A stretch of DNA of 64,000 bases from Cyanophora paradoxa CCMP329 (Eukaryota > Plantae > Glaucophyta), in assembly GCA_004431415.1 (NCBI GenBank), contig QPMI01000161.1:62001-126000 (forward strand), written 5' to 3'. The notes beneath the pieces are model-generated. The model ran no database searches. It worked only from the letters and a program-made list of their open reading frames with translations, and was not told the DNA's origin. Both the position numbers and the translations under genes were made by a program. How positions within the stretch are numbered: the first letter of the stretch is position 1; every line of letters starts with the position of its first letter. Shown here one piece after another: positions 25,860 through 35,400 of the stretch.

Positions 25860-26356
25860 ACATGACATATGCGCATTACACCCAAATTTTAGCGCCTTTT
25901 ATTTACGACATTCAGTAACAACTTTACGATTCCCGACAATCGGAAAATATCACCACCCAATAAACCCATTTAATCGAGAGATTCCCGATGAAACCTACAA
26001 CAATCGAGAGATTCCCGACAATTCACCATCGGACAATCGATGAAATACCCATTTAATCGATTGAATCCATAAAAAACAAGCGCATTACACCCAAATTTTA
26101 GCGCCTTTTATTTACGACATTCAGTAACAACTTTACGATTCCCGACAATCGGAAAATATCACCACCCAATAAACCCATTTAATCGAGAGATTCCCGATGA
26201 AACCTACAACAATCGAGAGATTCCCGACAATTCACCATCGGACAATCGATGAAATACCCATTTAATCGATTGAATCCATAAAAAACAACAACCACTAAAC
26301 CATTCACAGTTACACCCGTTACACTTCCACATCTCCGATTGATTCACATTACACCC
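25860..26356 (+). repeat. Left terminal inverted repeat (497 bp) containing two tandem 209-bp units
   Basis: Starts ACATGACATATGCGCATT. Units at 25871-26079 and 26080-26288. Reverse complement of 37548-38044. Confidence 0.95.
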
Positions 26357-26357
26357 A

Positions 26358-26681
26358 TCACATTCGCATAAATTGCATCCAAGTAGCAGGATTAGCAATA
26401 CTTACGTCTGATTCGGAAGACATACCTTTTTGGTAATTATAACAGAATTCACAAAGTAGTCCCTGAGACATTGGTTTGAGTTTTTCAGTATCTCCACAAA
26501 TCATACAACAGTTTCGGGTTCCCATTCGTTCATACATAGCATTTGCTTTTGCCTGTTGTGAATGTGTTAATTTCAATTCGCCGACGTTTTCATTTACCAT
26601 AGAAACAACCGGACGTCCACTTTTAGCGCCGACGTATTCAGTCATATTACGATGTCGTTCACTTGCTTTTCTCTTACCCAT
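26358..26681 (-). CDS. PLV small zinc-ribbon protein (107 aa)
   Basis: CMIC...CEFC (CxxC...CxxC); basic N-terminus; upstream promoter-like motif on the minus strand. Confidence 0.6.
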   Translation of the reverse strand: MGKRKASERHRNMTEYVGAKSGRPVVSMVNENVGELKLTHSQQAKANAMYERMGTRNCCMICGDTEKLKPMSQGLLCEFCYNYQKGMSSESDVSIANPATWMQFMRM

Positions 26682-26716
26682 CGTTATTACTACTTCTCAG
26701 ATTCCTTTTAAACTTT

Positions 26717-26763
26717 GTCAAATTTTGCCCCGATGCAAAAAATGACGCTTTAAAACTTAAAAC
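26717..26763. promoter_or_regulatory. Putative bidirectional early promoter
   Basis: CAAAAAATGAC (+, 26736-26746) followed by ACTTAAAA, and CAAAATTTGAC on the minus strand (26717-26727), between divergent ORFs. Confidence 0.55.
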
Positions 26764-26787
26764 TTTACAACGATACACTTGTAATCA

Positions 26788-27300
26788 ATGGCGACCAAAC
26801 GAACCGCGGACATTCTGTGTTATAACATGGACTTCTTACCTAATTCAAATAGTGTTTACGCTGATTTTTTCGGAGATAATCTAACTGATGAATCTATTTC
26901 GATTATATTTGGTGTATACAAGTGTTTGCATCAATTCCAAGGTGTAACATCAGATATGCTACACAAATGCTTCCTTACCAATAGACTCGATGAATTGATT
27001 CATAAAAGAAATAAAAATAATCCATCGGGCTATTTCAAGAAGTTGAAAGAAAAAGGAATTATTATAGGAAAAACTTGTTTTTCAGAGCAGCAAGACATAC
27101 CTAAATTCGAAATACTTGATGACAGTTATTGTATTAATTGTGGGCATGCAGATTATCTAACAGAAAATCACCCACGATTCACAGCGCCACCTGATTGTTA
27201 TGTTTGTTGTGAATTTCTTTGTAAAAAGTGCGCATACTACGACAAACAAAAGTATTCATTCGTGCATTTCAAATGTAGCCCAAAAATGGGCAAAAAATGA
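26788..27300 (+). CDS. PLV Cys-rich zinc-finger protein (170 aa)
   Basis: CINC...CYVC-xxx-LCKKC...HFKC in the C-terminal third. Confidence 0.6.
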   Translation: MATKRTADILCYNMDFLPNSNSVYADFFGDNLTDESISIIFGVYKCLHQFQGVTSDMLHKCFLTNRLDELIHKRNKNNPSGYFKKLKEKGIIIGKTCFSEQQDIPKFEILDDSYCINCGHADYLTENHPRFTAPPDCYVCCEFLCKKCAYYDKQKYSFVHFKCSPKMGKK

Positions 27301-27328
27301 TGTCCCAAAAAAATAACAATTAAAAACA

Positions 27329-27742
27329 ATGGATTACTACGGAGTTTACATGTTGGATATTGAAAATCCGGAATTACATAAAGATCTTCTCGAAAACAAC
27401 GGGGCTGAATGGGATCCGGACACAAAATTATGGTTTGTCGAAGACGAAAATAACGAACTTTTAAAACAATTCCGTGTAAAACATCCGGGTGAATTCGACC
27501 AAGATTACGTTAAACAATTCCACCGCCAGTATTTCGTGGCTGATATCAAAGCAAGACTACCGGAGATTGCGGCAAAGCGTATATTTACTCAGTCATCATT
27601 ACGCAAATATATTAAAAAACAAGGCGCTACATACGATCCTCAGTATCGTTTATGGTATGTTACTGATCCTGAAAGTGAGATATGCAAGATCTTTAAGATG
27701 TTCACACTCGAACAGGTAGAAGATCTGAGAAGACCAAATTAA
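27329..27742 (+). CDS. PLV protein with two DUF5710-like repeats (137 aa)
   Basis: NGAEWDPDTKLWFV and QGATYDPQYRLWYV match the GA(R)WDxxxKxWYV pattern. Confidence 0.65.
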   Translation: MDYYGVYMLDIENPELHKDLLENNGAEWDPDTKLWFVEDENNELLKQFRVKHPGEFDQDYVKQFHRQYFVADIKARLPEIAAKRIFTQSSLRKYIKKQGATYDPQYRLWYVTDPESEICKIFKMFTLEQVEDLRRPN

Positions 27743-28491
27743 ACCGTAATCGTCGTGGGTTCATTACTAATTCTTATCGATTCTCTCTTTTTTATCGCTC
27801 GTCTCTTAACAAACTTGCGAAACGCTTTCATGTCATCATCTGTTATTATTGCACGGTCTGTGTATACTTTGATGTCATAACCTTGTAACCCAGTTATAAC
27901 GGTCTGATAATTGTAACCCCAAAGTCTATGTAGTTCTTTGTAAGTCTTCTTGTCCAATCCACCGTTATATTCATCGAATGCACAGTTAAACTCTTTCTCA
28001 TTTCCTAAAATGTTAAAGAATACCACAAATTCCACATTACGACGAATGGTAGTAGAAATAGAACATATACGTTGGACATTGAAAATAACGGTTATACCAT
28101 AATGTCTTCCGCTCGTTACCAGTTTGGATAACACAGCCGAATTATGCATATCCAAATTAGAACCTATCATGTCATCTAAAATTATTACCAAACTATTACG
28201 CTTCTCATTGTTTTCGATTCGTTTCTTTTGCATACTAATTAGTTTCACTACCACATTATCATCCCATTCCTCATAGATGTTACCAGGATGCGTTATATCT
28301 CTGAATTGCCCAGTAAACGCAGTGGAACTAAATATTACAATCTGATCGATCTTATCCCGCAGTTCATAGAGTAGATACTTACAATAAGTTGTCTTACCAG
28401 AGTTGGAGCGTCCGGCAAGCAAAAAACGCGAAGGGAGTTTAGCTGTCCTTGCAGGGTCGAATTCGGGAATATCATCAAGGTCGATCTCCAT
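27739..28491 (-). CDS. A32-like (FtsK/HerA) genome-packaging ATPase
   Basis: Walker A GRSNSGKT, Walker B VIILDD, arginine motif GRHYGIT-VIFNVQ and IRRN. Confidence 0.93.
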   Translation of the reverse strand: MEIDLDDIPEFDPARTAKLPSRFLLAGRSNSGKTTYCKYLLYELRDKIDQIVIFSSTAFTGQFRDITHPGNIYEEWDDNVVVKLISMQKKRIENNEKRNSLVIILDDMIGSNLDMHNSAVLSKLVTSGRHYGITVIFNVQRICSISTTIRRNVEFVVFFNILGNEKEFNCAFDEYNGGLDKKTYKELHRLWGYNYQTVITGLQGYDIKVYTDRAIITDDDMKAFRKFVKRRAIKKRESIRISNEPTTITV

Positions 28492-28590
28492 TACTACGTT
28501 GTCCGTTACAGTAATAAGATAAAAAACAAAAGCATGCGCTAACCTATACGCGATTCGCAGGCTTCCTACTTTAAAGAAAGAAAAGAACTT

Positions 28591-29817
28591 TTAAAAGTTG
28601 GAAACTTTCAGTGTCGAAATGTTATAGCCATTGAGAACCATGACATTGTGACGGAGCGCGAAAATGTCGACCTGAACCGGTGCAGCATCAGTGCAACCAG
28701 AAACGGTCAGATCCATATACGAACTCGAACTATTGAAGAAGTCCTGATAACCCATGACTGAATTATGGAGCGAATCCTTACCATTCTTGCTGAGAACAAC
28801 ACCATAGACACATCCACTCTCGAAACCAAAACCAGCATTGCCTACGGTTGCACCTTTGTAATGCGATGGGATATGGTTAGCAGCAGAAAGGAAACCAGAT
28901 ATGGGTTTATTAGAGATTTCAAGCGATCGGTTGTTGTGGAAAATTTGGAACTCATCGATTTTCACAGCAGATCCAACACCGTAGAAATCGGAATGAGTGT
29001 ATTTGTCCAGCTTGTTAACGTCACGAACAGTCATAAGGATTGAATGCACCAGACCGGAAACGTTAGCCAGTGTAACCTCGACCGCCTCGCCAGAATCGGC
29101 AGTTTTAAGTGATCGGGTCTTTTTGTGGATGACTTCCGTAATTGGAATGCGAATACCTCCCTGTTCATTCGCCATTTTAAGGAGAGTCTCAGCCTCCGCA
29201 GAAGCAATGTTAACGAATTGACAGATTAGCCCGCAATCACTCACGGTAACAGTTCCACCAGCAGGAACGTTAACTACCGCAGCCTCGCGAAAATCTACCT
29301 CGATGGTGGGCATATCCGCAAGAACGCAAAGGGGGAAATATGCATCGTCCCAGAAAGCAGCCGGAATTTTAACTACATATTCAGTCGACTTGTCGGTAGA
29401 TTCACGGGTAGCTTCCGCTCCGAGACCAAGGGACATATACATAGCGCTCAGTCCCGATACATCATTATCGATCAGAGTGTTTACAGTGATCCAATCGCCA
29501 GGGATGATATACTTGAACCCACCATGGACAAAACGAACCTCTTTAATGAAAGAAGAACCACCATTGGGAAGATCACAAGCAACACCACCACCGGTAGTAA
29601 CCTTAAAGTAAAGCGAAACGCCACTAAGCAGTTGCTTGCGTGGTAGATCAAAGTAAGCGGTCGTCTTAAACCCGAAAGTGTTACCGCGTGGGCGAACCTG
29701 TTCAAGGAACGGCTTATACTTGGGGTTGGTTCCAATTTGGAGACCGGGAGATAGGTAAATTTGATCCGATCCGGGAGTAACGAGGAGTTCTTTAAGGGTC
29801 GTTCCAGTAAGCGCCAT
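28591..29817 (-). CDS. Putative major capsid protein (double jelly-roll), 408 aa
   Basis: Size, beta-rich composition, YFDLP...LSGVSLYF and YFPLCVL-x-IEVDFR segments, and position between the packaging ATPase and the penton-like gene. Fold not verified. Confidence 0.75.
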   Translation of the reverse strand: MALTGTTLKELLVTPGSDQIYLSPGLQIGTNPKYKPFLEQVRPRGNTFGFKTTAYFDLPRKQLLSGVSLYFKVTTGGGVACDLPNGGSSFIKEVRFVHGGFKYIIPGDWITVNTLIDNDVSGLSAMYMSLGLGAEATRESTDKSTEYVVKIPAAFWDDAYFPLCVLADMPTIEVDFREAAVVNVPAGGTVTVSDCGLICQFVNIASAEAETLLKMANEQGGIRIPITEVIHKKTRSLKTADSGEAVEVTLANVSGLVHSILMTVRDVNKLDKYTHSDFYGVGSAVKIDEFQIFHNNRSLEISNKPISGFLSAANHIPSHYKGATVGNAGFGFESGCVYGVVLSKNGKDSLHNSVMGYQDFFNSSSSYMDLTVSGCTDAAPVQVDIFALRHNVMVLNGYNISTLKVSNF

Positions 29818-29869
29818 GTCTTATGTTTAAAATACGAAAAGAAATTTTTAAATTACATTATTAAACAGA

Positions 29870-30775
29870 ATGACGCGTTACTATCTTAATATTGATTCCC
29901 GGGATCGGGATGATGGAACCCCTACAAACTATTCTTATAAACTTCCCCATGCAATCCAAAATGTTAAAGCATGCCGTGTTACCAATTTCGAAATGTTTAA
30001 TAACATTTACAATCTCAGCGAAAACGGAGCGCTTGTAACATCCACACGCGATGGACAAGGAGTAACCAAAACGAAAAACAACGTGATTTCGAAAGGGACT
30101 TACACAGCGGATAGTTTGGTGAATTATCTAAATGCTCTTCTGATATCTCAGGTCTACGGTGCAGCAGGGACTACATACACCCGTCATTTCAATGTGTCTT
30201 ATGATCCAATAACAATGAAACTAAGGATTATTGGTGAAGTAGCATTTACCATACGTTTCGGTAGCATGATTTTAGCCAATTTCCTCGGTTTCCCGGATCC
30301 ATCACTAAATGGCTCGGCGGGTGTAGGTTATCCATCTACTCCTCTCGATTCACCACAGCAAGTAGGTGCTTATACTTATAATCACTATCTCGACAGTGTC
30401 ATACCGCTCGACCTTCTGTTTAATTCTTACATCCTTCTACATGTCGATCCACTCAAAGGTAATTACGTAAGCAAGAATACCAGCGACGATAAAGCGTTAG
30501 CTAAAATTGAAATTGACCAGACGGTAGGTAGTCTCCTAAAATACGATTCTACCAATAACTCTATGATCATCCATGAGCAAAACGGATTAGTGGAAGTTGA
30601 GACGCTTAAAGTGCGTTTGACGTATTGGAATGGTAACGAAACGGACATTACCACGGATTGGTCAATGACTCTCGAACTGATCACCGAAGATGAAAAGGAT
30701 CTTACGAAAGCAGCATTGAAAAACGTTATAAGGGATTTGGAAAATGTCTATTTACCGTTTGGTCGTAATATGTAA
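29870..30775 (+). CDS. Putative minor capsid (penton, single jelly-roll) protein, 301 aa
   Basis: N-terminal LNIDSRDRD...YSYKLP...NV...NNIYN, G(T)YT, LGF and C-terminal LKVRL...DWSMTLEL, typical of PLV/NCLDV penton-like proteins. Confidence 0.8.
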   Translation: MTRYYLNIDSRDRDDGTPTNYSYKLPHAIQNVKACRVTNFEMFNNIYNLSENGALVTSTRDGQGVTKTKNNVISKGTYTADSLVNYLNALLISQVYGAAGTTYTRHFNVSYDPITMKLRIIGEVAFTIRFGSMILANFLGFPDPSLNGSAGVGYPSTPLDSPQQVGAYTYNHYLDSVIPLDLLFNSYILLHVDPLKGNYVSKNTSDDKALAKIEIDQTVGSLLKYDSTNNSMIIHEQNGLVEVETLKVRLTYWNGNETDITTDWSMTLELITEDEKDLTKAALKNVIRDLENVYLPFGRNM

Positions 30776-30807
30776 TTTTGCGTTATATTTTTGTCTTGTT
30801 ATTTCAA

Positions 30808-31584
30808 ATGGCTCGTAAGACACAACCGAAGAGCGGCTCGCAAGCGAGCCTTGGCTCGCGCCTTTTCTTAGCGAAACCCGTCGAACAAGCGGAACCGGAA
30901 CGGAAGCATTACAAGAAATCGAAAGGAACCGCAGCATACGGAACCGCTGATATCGAAAAGAATATTAATAATACGATTAATTCCAGTGCTGTGGCGCCAG
31001 TAGACGACATTAACGATGGTAACGCCTTAGTTGAGCAAGTGCCGCTAAACCGTATGCCGGGTGCAAAGCGTGGGATTAAGAAAGGACAATTTAAGAGCGC
31101 GACAATCGATAAGGTCGATAAAAAGTCGACTCTTCTTAAACTCCTCGATGGTGGCGAGCGTCTGTATTCCACATATTCGGAAAAAGACCACCGTAACCGT
31201 TACTTTATCAGAGCAACTACCGGTGGACTGAAAACGATCACATACAAACACGCTAAAAGTCTCATTGAGGGAATCGCCGATGAGACGCAGAAAGAGAAGA
31301 AGATAACGGAGCAACCGATAACCAAAGAGAAGGTAGACAAGAAACCCGATGTTACGTTTGATGTCCTTCCCGATCCAATCAAAGAGGAGAAACACACACC
31401 GACGGAATTAATCGCTAAGACGATCGATTACCAAGAATCCAATAAAACGGATTTGCCGGTGTTAAATAAATCAATCTTGCGGGTTGCTACATCGCAATCT
31501 GACCCGCTTAACTCCATTCCCAATGCGGCGCCCATGCTTTCCGGATTCGCTAAATTGGGTCTCCGTCCCGGTTACAGGCGTTAA
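30808..31584 (+). CDS. PLV Lys-rich hypothetical protein (candidate virion core protein)
   Basis: ATG at 30808 (MARKTQPK...), Lys-rich, directly downstream of the penton-like gene. Confidence 0.6.
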   Translation: MARKTQPKSGSQASLGSRLFLAKPVEQAEPERKHYKKSKGTAAYGTADIEKNINNTINSSAVAPVDDINDGNALVEQVPLNRMPGAKRGIKKGQFKSATIDKVDKKSTLLKLLDGGERLYSTYSEKDHRNRYFIRATTGGLKTITYKHAKSLIEGIADETQKEKKITEQPITKEKVDKKPDVTFDVLPDPIKEEKHTPTELIAKTIDYQESNKTDLPVLNKSILRVATSQSDPLNSIPNAAPMLSGFAKLGLRPGYRR

Positions 31585-31807
31585 GCATCATTCTTACTTT
31601 AAAATTTTCTTTTCAAAGAATAGCGTTAAACATCCATCTCCGAATTTTAGCGCTCACGTTTACTTATTTTTATAAGTGGCGTTGTAGAGAAGTTGTGATA
31701 TCCATGTATCACGCTTTTTAATCACCTGTTCTACGGGGTTCAATCGTAGAATCGAGGAAGCGAAGCCTTTCGACTTATTTTTCCGGCATCTTCTTATTAT
31801 CGATGCG

Positions 31808-31890
31808 CAAAAAATGACAGCGTTTTAAAAAACTGATCGACATGTTATATACACGATAAGAAAAGGACTTAAAGATTTCTTGCTATATAT
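31808..31890 (+). promoter_or_regulatory. Putative early promoter
   Basis: CAAAAAATGAC (31808-31818), ACTTAAAGA (31867-31875) and TATATAT upstream of ATG 31912. Confidence 0.55.
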
Positions 31891-31911
31891 CAGAAGAGGA
31901 ACAGCAAGAGA

Positions 31912-32166
31912 ATGCCGCTAAGCGAATCTCAGAAACGCGCGATTTATCGCTACCGCAGCACAGAAAAGGGTATGTTAGCGCTTGCGCGATTCAATGAAAA
32001 GCGCAATGTTAAGTGGAGTGAATTGTATAATAACGATGACGCATTTAGACAGAAACACATAGCAACGTCATGCAAGGCGCAGTATGTAAATAACACGATT
32101 CTATACATTAAGTATCTATTCGACGTCCCGCGAACTAATCGTGGTCGCCCATCAATTCATTGTTAA
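31912..32166 (+). CDS. PLV small basic helical protein (84 aa), possible DNA-binding
   Basis: MPLSESQKRAIYRYR N-terminus, terminal RGRP, preceded by the shared motif. Confidence 0.55.
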   Translation: MPLSESQKRAIYRYRSTEKGMLALARFNEKRNVKWSELYNNDDAFRQKHIATSCKAQYVNNTILYIKYLFDVPRTNRGRPSIHC

Positions 32167-32336
32167 TCCTTTTTTCCCGGCGCGATCGCTGAGGAAGACA
32201 GGCGCAACCGCGCTTAAAACAATACACTGTTTGAGTTATTTTTAAGACCATCGAATGGTGGTCGACCCTTTTGTTATTTTTATTAAACCCTCAAAGTCGC
32301 ATGCACTAATCGATTTTGCGGATTTTGCGGTGGCGC

Positions 32337-32392
32337 CAAAAAATGACGCAATGTATGAAAAGCACTTAAAGAAATAAAATATAGTGTATATA
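32337..32392 (+). promoter_or_regulatory. Putative early promoter
   Basis: CAAAAAATGAC (32337-32347), ACTTAAAGA (32364-32372) and TATATA upstream of ATG 32410. Confidence 0.55.
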
Positions 32393-32409
32393 ATAAGAAC
32401 GCCTATAAG

Positions 32410-35400
32410 ATGTTTTCATTTGCAACAGTGAAGAATATCATCGGATCTGTGGTAGAGTCCATTAGCAATCTACCCGGTATTCGCAGCATCCCGTTTATCG
32501 GTAATGCAATTAAGCGAATCGCTAATGATCGTTTCGAAAGAGTCGTAAAGGAACTCGAAGCAAGGAAGAGTGAGAAGAAGGAGAAGACTAAGGAGGAAAT
32601 CCGCGAAGAGCGGAAGAAGCGCAAGCAGGAGAAGAAGGAGAAGCGCGCACTGAGAACGATTAAGAACATTCAGAAGCAAGAAGGGAAGAAGTTCAAGGGA
32701 AAGGTAAGGCGTCTCATTCGTCGTATTGAAGCAGAAAATGGCGAAACTGTTTCGGTTCATGTAAGATTCTATACACTTCCCGATGATATCGATAATCTAC
32801 CACAGGGCTATGATGTTATCTTACACAAAGACACGCCTTACGTTGAGACACAGAAGAGCGGAAAGAGGGCATTAATTATGACTTGCCCGAAAGACGTATT
32901 GATTGCAAGACTTACCGAAGTCGAAGACGAATTTAATAACTTTCTTGCCGTTTGGTCGCTCGATACTATCGCCGCTTTCCTTCTTAATATCGCTGATCGT
33001 AACGCAAATAACAGGGATTACAATTATGTGCGAATTTTCGCTTACCCACAACTCCGTGAGTCTCCTATTTCATATCCCGATGTTATGACAATTGAGGAAA
33101 TTGTAGTAAGTGACAATACCACTGTATACCCTCTGAATGAAAGAGCGCTTAGAGACGGAGAGGCGCCTAAGATCGTTTCGCGTTTCATCAAATATTCACT
33201 TAATGGTGGCGCAAAATCTGTATTGGATCAGATTAAACCCGATGGGTCACTTATCATCAAGGATTGCTTAATAGAGGCGCTACATCAGGTCATTGTGAAA
33301 TCTTTCGAATATGCCCACAGTATCAGCAAATACAAGAAGGTTAAGTATTCGAAGGAATGGCTTTATGAGCAGATCAAAGGACACGCGCCTACTGACACAT
33401 CCGATTGGGGGACGTCCTTTAACGAAATACTACCATTCTTGCAAAAGTGGCGCATCCGCTTTATCGCAATCGGAAAAGACGACAAGGTTATACATTCTCT
33501 GTGTTACAAACCTACCCGGACAAATTCACACCTTGTCCCGGCAAGCGTTTACGTTCAGATCTCTAACGATCACGTGTATGTGTTGAATAAAGACCTTAGT
33601 AAACTTGTGCGATCTTTCAATGGAACAGCGGCGCGCGAAACAAAAGCGGTGGGTTCATCGTCGTTAAAATACAAGATCAAAACACAGTTTAACGATATCA
33701 GCTATCCGGCATACTCTGAGGAAGAAATAGTGGAGATTGTTAAACGTGAGAAGGAAAACGCAACCTCAAAAATCACGATCACTTACAGTAAACCGTTATT
33801 CGAATTGTTGGGAAGTTTCAGAAGAGCAAACCACGAAGTTAACGCGACTATTTCCGATGAAGGTATAGTTAGCTACATCCATTACAAGATCGAAGACAAA
33901 GATGTAGTTATACTACCGCCAGGCAATATGGTGAATATGGATGATGTCGACGTTAACCTTAGGGATGAAGAACACCGAAAACTCTTTAACGAAATGTCGC
34001 AGATGCTAAACCGTGCGCTCATTAACAAACATGTTAAGAGCAAATACAACCCGGAGACATTCGCCGCATTCACGAAAGGACAACAGAGCGCATTAAATGG
34101 GTTTTTCGTGACTTCTAACGCTGAATTGCGGGAATTGTTTGAAGGTGTTATGTGTGGCGCGATCGATACGTATAAATTGGATATCTCCAAAGCATACACA
34201 CATATTGTATCGAAACTCATCAAAAACTTCCCGGTTTTCAGCTCATTCGATCGATTCGAAAAGGTTGTGGTAACGTGTAGCGATGATATCGAAGCGGACG
34301 CCTTCTATTCAGTGAAAGTAAGAGCGAAACACTTTACGGTAAATCGTAAAGACCAATTGATTAACAACATGTCGCCATACAAACGTATCCTTGTAGACTC
34401 AAAATACAACCTTCTGTATGGTGGCGTGTTGAAAGAGTTCTACGATGACATCCGCGACGACGTGATTATAGAAGCAGTGGTAAGACCATACCGGGTTGTT
34501 AAAAACGTCACATTGCAGGCTTTCAAGCAGTTGTTTGCGTCTAACCTTTCGATCAAGGAAAAGAAGGATATCAGTAATCACAATATCGGGAAGTTTGGTA
34601 AGAAATCCCAGCAAAAAGTGCAAACAACGATATTCTTTAACAAGAACGACGCGCTTAACTTTGTCCGAGAGAACGGCGGTAAACTGAGATCGCTAAATTT
34701 CGATTCAAAGAAGCCGAAGCGGACGACTGTAAGGAATGAGGCAAAGACGGAGACACCGATGTTATGGTATGTAAACCAGCTCGGAGAAGAGAAGACGCTT
34801 ATAGATGGTTTCCTACCTATCCAGTGTCAGATTTACAGTATCATGCGTGGGGTCATGTATAAACTGTCTAAGGATCTATTGGCTAATGGTGTTGGAGTTC
34901 TACGCATCAGAACCGATGAGTTTCTTATAGACAAGCCATACCCATTTGAGCCGTTTGACCGCGACCTTTTCGAAAACACCGGAAAGTATGACGTGAAACC
35001 GTTTAATGTTACTCCGATTATATCACAGGAGTCAAAGAAGAAGCGGAATAATGCTAATGGGTGGATCACATTCGACAGACTGAGACAACGCGACGAGAGG
35101 TTTATTACGGTCGAGAAGGTGAATCATAAGGTGTTCAAGTTTAAGGATGAATACAACGTGGAAGCCATCGTGAATGCTATGGACGGAAAGGGTAACGTGA
35201 TTATTCGCGGTGTCAAACCCGGGACAGGTAAGACCACGTTAGCGAAGGCGATGACACGGAAGTATGGTAAAAACTGTCTTTTCATTGCGCCGACTAACAT
35301 TCGATGCAAGCAGCTACGCATGGAATTGAAAAAGGAGTGGAGCGAAGTTGACATGGTCGATGTGAAGACTATCTACAAGTCACTACATCTGAATATCGAC

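Noticed and set aside
25871-26288. Repeats in the TIR as a CRISPR array
   Set aside because: They are exact tandem units without unique spacers, there are no cas genes, and the context is eukaryotic.
31585-32330. Mimivirus-type 3' hairpin terminators in PLV intergenic regions
   Set aside because: Only 4-5 bp stems were found by eye; not convincing.
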